In this document: positions 7,942-14,546 of the stretch, in pieces
Layout: the number at the start of each line of letters is the position of its first letter
How positions within the stretch are numbered: position 1 is the stretch's first letter
NCBI GenBank assembly: GCA_044361365.1
Contig: JBIKIW010000001.1
Span: 2,501-66,500, forward strand
Reading direction: 5' to 3'
DNA: 64,000 bases
DNA from: Limisphaerales bacterium
GTDB taxonomy: Bacteria; Patescibacteriota; JACMRA01
Position numbers and translations under genes: made by a program
Notes under the pieces: generated by a model
Told to the model about the DNA's origin: nothing
The model's database searches: none
What the model saw: only the letters and a program-made list of their open reading frames with translations

Positions 7942-9318
7942 CTAATCAGCAATTCTTAACTCTTTAGGGTAAAAGGTGTTAATCCTTTTTTCGTTTACTT
8001 TTGCCCAAGATAAAGGTATATTTTGGTAAGTTAAAATAATCCAGTCACTCTTTGTGTGAACTTCTTGAATCATGAGACCATCGATTTCTAAGGTTTTACC
8101 TTGCATCACCTCAAGACTTTTTTGTTCACTAATTTCTAGGGTAGGGATGTTTTTATTTTGCTGACAGCATAACAAAGTTTGGTGATGAGGAACAAACTCT
8201 TTATGTCCAAAAGTACCCACTTTAAAGCTATATTTGTGAACTCTAAAGTCTAGTTCAAGAAATTTTAAAATATCTTTATGGTGCATTTTATTGATAGCCA
8301 AAACCTGATTATCCTTTTTATATAAGAAAAAGTTGTTTGTATTTTGAATAAACTTTGCCACTACTTCTAAGTCTTGTTTGTTTAGTTCTTTAAACACAAA
8401 CTCAGATTTTTTAGGCTTGAATTCATTCGTTAAAACCTTTTCAAGTCTAGCCTTTTTCTTGAAAATAGCAAAAGAAAACCCTTCACCATCAAGCTTGTGT
8501 GGTAACATTTTATAACACCCCTTTTGAAGGCTAAACAGATTCCACTCTTTATTAAATTCTAAATCAATTGCTTCTAATTCTGGGTATTTTTCTAGCAACC
8601 AAGTTGTGATATCTTCGTTTTCTATTTTGTTAAAAGTACAAGTTGAATAAACCAAATAACCACCAACTTCAATTGCTGGTAAAATATTTTCTAAAATTTC
8701 TTTTTGTCTGAGGGCATCCTTTTTAACCATTTCCAAAGACCAGTGATTCCACAAAAAAGCGTCTTTTCTAGCTAAACCTTCGCCACTACAAGGAGCATCG
8801 ACTAAAACACAGTCAAAAAACTCTCCAAGCCTTGAGAAATCCTGACCCTGATTTTGAGTTACTACAACATTAGAATTTCCCCATTTTTCGAGATTGTCGA
8901 TCAGCTTATGAACTCGTTTTGTAACCACTTCGTTGGCTATTAAAAGGCTTTCTGGGGTTATTCTGGCAAGGGCCAAAGTACTTTTTCCACCAGGACTAGC
9001 ACACAAATCTAAAACTTTTTTTGGCTGCAATTGGCTTAAAATTTCACCTAAAATCATGGAAGAAGGTTCTTGAGAATAAACCGCTCCTAAGTGCCAAAGT
9101 GGATCATTTTTGTAAGTTTTTTCAGGTAATACATACTCTGCATCTAGTGACCAAGGTACAGGATTTTTAAGAGTTGGTAAAATTTTATTTGGATTATAAC
9201 GAGTGGCTCTTTTGGAGGTTAATTTTAAGGATTCAATAAAGCTAAAAAACTCTTTTTTATCAGTAAAAATAGGTTCTACGGTGTTTATAAAATCTTGTGG
9301 TATTGGGGCTGTTTGCAT
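7942..9318 (-). CDS. NOL1/NOP2/Sun-family RNA m5C methyltransferase (RsmB/RsmF-like)
   Basis: SAM motif VLDLCASPGGKST, catalytic VDAPCSGEG and YSTCT motifs; 458 aa. Confidence 0.8.
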   Translation of the reverse strand: MQTAPIPQDFINTVEPIFTDKKEFFSFIESLKLTSKRATRYNPNKILPTLKNPVPWSLDAEYVLPEKTYKNDPLWHLGAVYSQEPSSMILGEILSQLQPKKVLDLCASPGGKSTLALARITPESLLIANEVVTKRVHKLIDNLEKWGNSNVVVTQNQGQDFSRLGEFFDCVLVDAPCSGEGLARKDAFLWNHWSLEMVKKDALRQKEILENILPAIEVGGYLVYSTCTFNKIENEDITTWLLEKYPELEAIDLEFNKEWNLFSLQKGCYKMLPHKLDGEGFSFAIFKKKARLEKVLTNEFKPKKSEFVFKELNKQDLEVVAKFIQNTNNFFLYKKDNQVLAINKMHHKDILKFLELDFRVHKYSFKVGTFGHKEFVPHHQTLLCCQQNKNIPTLEISEQKSLEVMQGKTLEIDGLMIQEVHTKSDWIILTYQNIPLSWAKVNEKRINTFYPKELRIAD

Positions 9319-9391
9319 AAATGAAAAATGTATAATAAAATCGTGTAGAAAGTTAAGATTTCAAACAAAATCAAAAAATCAAAGACAAAAA

Positions 9392-11128
9392 ATGTATCGA
9401 CCAAATACTTATAATCAAAACCCTAATTGGCAAGGCGACCCCTACAATCAAAATAATGGATATTACCCACCTCAAAATAATAATGGATACAATCCTTACC
9501 AAAATCATCCTAGTTTTCAACAATATTATCCTCAGAATTTATCTCAGCCTCAGCAGCAAAACAATTCTTTTAGAAACTTTAACCAACAACTACAACCTGC
9601 TTCAGTAATTACCCAAGAAGAGTTAATTGCTAATCATTTAGAGCAAACCAGAAAACAAAGAAAATACAGACAGGTTCCGATCAGAACTAAAGTGGTAGAA
9701 GATACACATCAAGAATTACAGCGAAGGCTTTTGGGCAAAGTGGTTGAAAAGTCAGCTAACTCAACTAACAGTAGTATTGTTCCTGTAAATATTTACGTTC
9801 ATAAAAATCAACCTGTAAGTCCTGTTCAAAGTGAAGCTAGGAAAGAGATTAAAACAAACCCATCTTTTAAAAATTCACAACCTTTTACCTCTCAGCAATC
9901 TGCTATTAATCCAACCTTAAACAACACTGATAATAAAAGTTTTGCTTCCAAGATTGAATCAGATAATGAAATTTTAAAATCTTTTAGTATTAAAAAGAAG
10001 CCCAATTTTTCAATTTATCAAAAAGATTTCGAACCGAACAAGGCTTCAGCCAAAACCTCTAAGGTTTCTCAAACTCATTCTAAATTTCCTAAAAAAATCT
10101 CAAAAAGAAGAACTAAAGTTGCTGCTATAATTTCTATTTTTTTGTTATCAGCTAGTATTTTTGGGATAAGCGGTTTTAGTTATTATCAAAAATTCTTTAA
10201 ACAAACACAACCAACAGTTGCTGGAGCTATGGAGGTAGCCAAGCCAAAAGTTGTTAATTATGATGAATACAAAACTTGGATCGAGTCTAAAAACGAAGGT
10301 AGCTTTTCTGAACCAGATTTAGATTTAGATAAAGATCAGCTTAGCAATTATGAAGAATTTTTAATTAGTTCAAATCCTATTTCAGCCAATACTTGTGATC
10401 CAAAAACAAGTGATAGTAAAAATTTGTTTCAACTTATAAACCCAGCTACTTGTAAGCCAATTGACTTGAAAGATGAAAACCAAGCTAAACTCTTCGGTAC
10501 TCTTTTGAGTGTTTCGGATAGTAGCCAGCGTTTTGTAGAAAGTTTTGTTGAAGATTCTAAAGCTAATTCTACAGTTACAAACAGTTCAGTTTTAGATTTA
10601 TTTGGTGTAAAAGAGTATTCTGAAATAGATAAAATTACCAACGAAAGTTTGGATCAAAAAGCCACTCAGGAAAACCTTAAGAAAGATTACTTAAAATCTA
10701 TTCAAAAAACTAAAGATTATATTGATAAGTACAGATCTTACGAAACATATGATAGAAATTATGATTCTCCAGTGCATCCAGCAGTGTATTTAGAAATGTC
10801 CATAAAGTACGGAACTCCACTTAAATACATGTTGGCCATTGCTCGTACTGAAAGTCGTTTTGGTACTGATAGATACACAAATAGTGGAGCCTTAACTAGA
10901 CCAGGTCAGTTTCAAAATATCTACTCCATGGGTCTTACTGATAGCGGAAGTAACTTTGGATTTATGGCTTGGGAAGAAGGGGTTGAGTCTTTTGGTAAGT
11001 GGTATAAGAAATTTCAAGACAGGGGTGTAGGGGATTGTAATAAATGGAGAATATATAATCCAAATGGTGACTATTGTTCCAAGATAGAAAATTTGGCTGC
11101 CGAGATTGAAGTTTTTTTAAAGTCTTAA
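9392..11128 (+). CDS. Membrane protein with a Q/N/P-rich N-terminal tail and a C-terminal lytic-transglycosylase-like domain
   Basis: The start was moved to the ATG at 9392, because the ORF-track start at 9203 overlaps the divergent methyltransferase gene. TM helix AAIISIFLLSASIFGISGF. C-terminal LAIARTESRFG resembles an SLT catalytic E-S motif. Confidence 0.55.
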   Translation: MYRPNTYNQNPNWQGDPYNQNNGYYPPQNNNGYNPYQNHPSFQQYYPQNLSQPQQQNNSFRNFNQQLQPASVITQEELIANHLEQTRKQRKYRQVPIRTKVVEDTHQELQRRLLGKVVEKSANSTNSSIVPVNIYVHKNQPVSPVQSEARKEIKTNPSFKNSQPFTSQQSAINPTLNNTDNKSFASKIESDNEILKSFSIKKKPNFSIYQKDFEPNKASAKTSKVSQTHSKFPKKISKRRTKVAAIISIFLLSASIFGISGFSYYQKFFKQTQPTVAGAMEVAKPKVVNYDEYKTWIESKNEGSFSEPDLDLDKDQLSNYEEFLISSNPISANTCDPKTSDSKNLFQLINPATCKPIDLKDENQAKLFGTLLSVSDSSQRFVESFVEDSKANSTVTNSSVLDLFGVKEYSEIDKITNESLDQKATQENLKKDYLKSIQKTKDYIDKYRSYETYDRNYDSPVHPAVYLEMSIKYGTPLKYMLAIARTESRFGTDRYTNSGALTRPGQFQNIYSMGLTDSGSNFGFMAWEEGVESFGKWYKKFQDRGVGDCNKWRIYNPNGDYCSKIENLAAEIEVFLKS

Positions 11129-11200
11129 TTTAAATCATTTTTAGGAATAAATTTGTTCTCTAAAATAGAGTTTTAATATAAGTATTTGAAAACTTTTTGC

Positions 11201-11230
11201 AAATAAAAAATTCCTCTAAATTAAGAGGAA
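11201..11230 (-). terminator. Candidate terminator downstream of the minus-strand tRNA cluster
   Basis: Hairpin ttcctct-aaatta-agaggaa (11211-11230). On the minus strand it is followed by ttttttattt. Confidence 0.4.
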
Positions 11231-11247
11231 AACATTTTGAATTTATT

Positions 11248-11335
11248 TGGTGGGTATGGGTGGATTTGAACCACCGACCAGTCGCTTTGCGACTCTGCTA
11301 CTTCGTATCAGGCAGACTTATGAGCTAAGTTCTGC
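11248..11335 (-). pseudogene. Partial tRNA-like copy with no 5' half: anticodon loop with CAU, a 32-nt insertion, then T arm and acceptor 3' strand plus CCA
   Basis: 11248-11279 is identical to the 3' 32 nt of the adjacent tRNA. The sense strand reads CTCATAAGTCTGC, then a 32-nt insert with hairpin AGTCGC-AAA-GCGACT, then GGTCGGTGGTTCAAATCCACCCATACCCACCA. No GGGTATG 5' acceptor strand lies upstream. Confidence 0.5.
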
Positions 11336-11410
11336 TATTTATGGTCGAACAAAGTCCGATCCTTCTCAGCATTCACTTCGTTATGCTTTCTCTCAATCGC
11401 CACTTGGCTT

Positions 11411-11486
11411 TGGTGGGTATGGGTGGATTTGAACCACCGACCGCAGACTTATAAGATCTGTGCTCTAACCCCTGAGCTACATACCC
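11411..11486 (-). tRNA. tRNA-Ile (anticodon UAU), CCA encoded
   Basis: Sense strand: GGGTATG-TA-GCTC-AGGGGTTA-GAGC-A-CAGAT-CTTATAA-GTCTG-CGGTC-GGTGG-TTCAAAT-CCACC-CATACCC-A-CCA. This gives a clean cloverleaf of 76 nt. Confidence 0.75.
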
Positions 11487-11564
11487 AAATCACATTAAAT
11501 CTGATCTAAGTTTCTAAAATCGGTCAAGTAAAACTGATTGTAGTTCAATTAATTTGGGTCAAAT

Positions 11565-12197
11565 TTACTCTTTTGTTTCTATATATTCAAACGGGAAAGG
11601 ATCTCCCCAATATCTTTGTCTGCTAAACACCCAATCTCGGAATTTAAAATTAATCTGCTTTTCACCCTTTCCAAGGTCAACCAATTTATTAGTAATTTTT
11701 TGCTTTGCTTCTTTTCCATCTAAACCACTAAACTCACCAGAGTCGAATAAAATTCCATATTTGGTAAAAATATCTCCATTTTTTAACTTTTCCTCACAGT
11801 TTTCTCTTGGCTTTCCGTCTTCACTAATAGTTTCTTTGAGAGGAATGTTGTATTTTAAAGCAAATTCTACGTCTCTTTCGTCGTGAGCATCTGCCATAAC
11901 TACCCCAGTTCCGTAATTAGCTAAAACAAAATCGGCAATCCAAACAGGAATTTTATCTCCTCGTAGTGGGTGTTTAACAAAACTACCTGTGAAGACTCCA
12001 GTTTTTTCTTTGTTAATTTGCCTCTCTCGTTCACTTTTGGCTTTGGCTTTTTGGATGTATTTTTCAACCTCTTGCCTAAATTCTGGTTTGGTTATCTCTA
12101 AAACCATCGGGTGTTCTGGAGCCATTACTAAAAATGTGGCTGCATAAATAGTATCAACTCGGGTAGTGAAAGTGGAAAGTTTGGTAGGTTTTGACAT
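11565..12197 (-). CDS. leuS: Leucyl-tRNA synthetase fragment (CP1 editing domain through the RDW..SRQRYWG strand only)
   Basis: TTRVDTIYAATFLVMAPEHP, IPVWIADFVLANYGTGVVMADAHDERDVEFA and FKFRDWVFSRQRYWGDPFP align to the LeuRS CP1 region. The HIGH, KMSKS and anticodon-binding parts are absent. The ORF has its own ATG and stop. Confidence 0.85.
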   Translation of the reverse strand: MSKPTKLSTFTTRVDTIYAATFLVMAPEHPMVLEITKPEFRQEVEKYIQKAKAKSERERQINKEKTGVFTGSFVKHPLRGDKIPVWIADFVLANYGTGVVMADAHDERDVEFALKYNIPLKETISEDGKPRENCEEKLKNGDIFTKYGILFDSGEFSGLDGKEAKQKITNKLVDLGKGEKQINFKFRDWVFSRQRYWGDPFPFEYIETKE

Positions 12198-12264
12198 ACA
12201 AAAGTCTTATTTATTGTAGAATTTCACAAGTATTTTGGTTAGTCAAACAGAGAAGAGTTATTTT

Positions 12265-14505
12265 TTAACTAAATAAAGTGTCTTGACCGCTAGTTTTTAT
12301 CTTCCACCTATCGTCTTCGGTTCTTTCAGCAATATCTTCCAAAACTCTTAAAATATCTTGGTTTTCAGGTGTGATTCCATTTTTAAGTAGTGGAATAATT
12401 TCCCAACAAATTTCATCAAAAGTAGGCAATTGTTTTTCTCGTTCTCTACGATTTAAAAGACTAATTAAATAGTATTTTATCCTTAATTCTAAAGGGATAT
12501 GAGTTCTAAATTTTTTATTTTCTCTGATAAAGTATTTTTGTGAATTAAAATCGTAGTCAAAATTGGCTGTCAAAATTGGAGTTAAATCGCTATATTCTTT
12601 GCTTAAAATATCCAAAAAACCAAGTTCCAAACCTTGGATAACCAAGGCGTCATTGATTTCTTCCAAAGTTGCTCCATGATTTTTAGCAATAATTCCTTCG
12701 ATAGTCTCCAAAACTATAGCTGCAATATCTGTACCCAAATTTGCTTTTAGGATATTTTTTGGACTGCGGACTTTTTTGAAATTGATAATCAGTTGTCCAG
12801 CGATTACAGTAAAAGGATTTTGTCGTTTTTTAAAGCTAGTTTGCCCATTTGCTTGCTTGACTGCTCCTGCGTACTCAAATCCCATCTTTTCAGCTGTTTC
12901 TACGATAATATGCCAGTAGTGGGGATCTTTGTGAGCAAAAACAAAACTCATCCAGCGATCAAATTTTAGCACCCTGTACATTTCAGATATACTTTTAGCT
13001 ATCAAGTCCGAATACTCATGTTTGGTCTTATTATGGCTACCTCCCTCGATGGCTTCTTTTTCAAAATCCTCTTCAGTTACGGGCAAATCCAGCCAAGCAT
13101 TCCACATTGCTGACAAATCCAAATAAGCAATTTTAGCTCCGTAAGGTGGGTCAGTATAAATATAATCTACAGATTCGTCTTCAACTTTATTCAAATCAGT
13201 AGCATCACCTTTATAGACTTGTAAATCTTGAATAGTTTTTTGGTTAATTTTGTCCTTGATTTCTTGTTTGGCTGAAATTATTTTCTTCACTTTGTTTTCA
13301 AATGAATTTATCAAATTTAATTCAACAGGAGTTTTAGCTACTCTGTATCTATAATAAGCGAAAGCAGCAGCATTTCCAGCATTTTCTCCACGAGAACTAG
13401 AGGCATGATAGGTTAAGTTGTGTTTGGTAACTGTACTTGAAAAAGCTAATAAAAGTGAATTTTGAATACTTTTGTCTTTTACTTTTTTGATTAAATGCTT
13501 CAAAAAGGCTAATTCGGCAGTTTGTAGCGAGCTAAATAATTCAGCTACAGTTTGGACATCGGCAGTTTTATCGAGCTTTATATTTTTTAGGTTTTGCCAT
13601 TCAGTTTTATATTTTTCAAGATATTCTTGAGGTTTTTCTTTAATTTTATTCTCTTCGTTTTCATACTTTTCTTTAATTTTTAAAAATTCTTCATGTAATT
13701 TAGCAATATCTGTAGGCTCACAAAGACTGTTGATTATAAAAACTGGTAAAGGATTGAGGTCGATTCCAATAGTTTTGCGAGCTTGCATTAAAGATTCGAT
13801 ACTAGTAACACCACTTCCTACAAAAGGATCTAGTACCAAATCTCCAGGCTGGGTAAAATGCTTGATATAATGACTAACAATATTCCAAGCTTGTTTGGTA
13901 AAATATCCGTGAACTCCAAAATGCCTAGCAGTTGACTGTTTTTTTACTGGTATTTCTTTTGGTAATGGTCGGTTCAAATAATCAAAGTCTGGTTGTAAAG
14001 CTGGCGACACGGTGGTCGCCTCTACGGAAAGGGAATTGGGTTTGTTGAAATTTTTTGGTGAAAGGAGTTTTTCTAACTTACCCCAATAATAATCAATTTC
14101 TTGAAGATCGAAACGAAGTAGGTTCTGGCTACTTTCTTTTTCCCAAAGGACAAATTCTCTTCCGTTGCACATTGCAAAATATTTAGCACGAATTTCTGGA
14201 TGAATAGCATAACCATAAACCTGTCCATCATCTTCACACTTTTCTTTTGGAGATTTCGCATCAAGAACACAAATTGAAAGCCCATTAGTTTGTAATAGAT
14301 AATCTGGTATTTCAGTTATTTGTCTTTTATTTGATCCAATTTTGTAAAAAGGATTTCTCAAACCTTTGTGTGATAAAATTTTAGCATCTTCTGTTGACCT
14401 AGAATAACCAAGTTTGATTAAAATTGGCATTATCAGGTCTTCCCGTACAGAGTCTTCTTTAAAATCTGGTGAATTTAACAAATCAAAGTTGAAGTTGGAA
14501 AACAT
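12265..14505 (-). CDS. Fusion of an HsdR_N-like PD-(D/E)xK fold with an amino (N6-A/N4-C) DNA methyltransferase
   Basis: N-terminus DSVREDLIMPILIKLGY...IPDYLL...VLDAKSP (nuclease-fold motif). SAM motif DPFVGSGVTS. Catalytic motif YTDPPYGAKI. 746 aa. Confidence 0.8.
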   Translation of the reverse strand: MFSNFNFDLLNSPDFKEDSVREDLIMPILIKLGYSRSTEDAKILSHKGLRNPFYKIGSNKRQITEIPDYLLQTNGLSICVLDAKSPKEKCEDDGQVYGYAIHPEIRAKYFAMCNGREFVLWEKESSQNLLRFDLQEIDYYWGKLEKLLSPKNFNKPNSLSVEATTVSPALQPDFDYLNRPLPKEIPVKKQSTARHFGVHGYFTKQAWNIVSHYIKHFTQPGDLVLDPFVGSGVTSIESLMQARKTIGIDLNPLPVFIINSLCEPTDIAKLHEEFLKIKEKYENEENKIKEKPQEYLEKYKTEWQNLKNIKLDKTADVQTVAELFSSLQTAELAFLKHLIKKVKDKSIQNSLLLAFSSTVTKHNLTYHASSSRGENAGNAAAFAYYRYRVAKTPVELNLINSFENKVKKIISAKQEIKDKINQKTIQDLQVYKGDATDLNKVEDESVDYIYTDPPYGAKIAYLDLSAMWNAWLDLPVTEEDFEKEAIEGGSHNKTKHEYSDLIAKSISEMYRVLKFDRWMSFVFAHKDPHYWHIIVETAEKMGFEYAGAVKQANGQTSFKKRQNPFTVIAGQLIINFKKVRSPKNILKANLGTDIAAIVLETIEGIIAKNHGATLEEINDALVIQGLELGFLDILSKEYSDLTPILTANFDYDFNSQKYFIRENKKFRTHIPLELRIKYYLISLLNRREREKQLPTFDEICWEIIPLLKNGITPENQDILRVLEDIAERTEDDRWKIKTSGQDTLFS

Positions 14506-14546
14506 AAATACTTCTCTTAAAGAGGTCTTAGAAGTCTATCTAATTT

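Noticed and set aside
9203-9391. The upstream start of the 641-aa ORF
   Set aside because: It would overlap the divergent methyltransferase gene by more than 100 nt, and the extra residues are Cys/Lys-rich noise. The ATG at 9392 begins the coherent Q/N-rich sequence.
11280-11410. A group I intron, or a complete long-variable-arm tRNA, next to tRNA-Ile
   Set aside because: The segment is far too short for a group I intron. No 5' acceptor strand complementary to CATACCC exists upstream, and the anticodon stem would enclose a 14-nt loop. It is better explained as a partial duplicate.
11247-11432. ORF-track CDSs overlapping RNA genes (11247-11432 over the tRNA cluster, 35429-35635 over the tmRNA, and the 6082 start inside tRNA-Ser)
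   Set aside because: The RNA gene structures explain the sequence. The peptide translations are artefacts.
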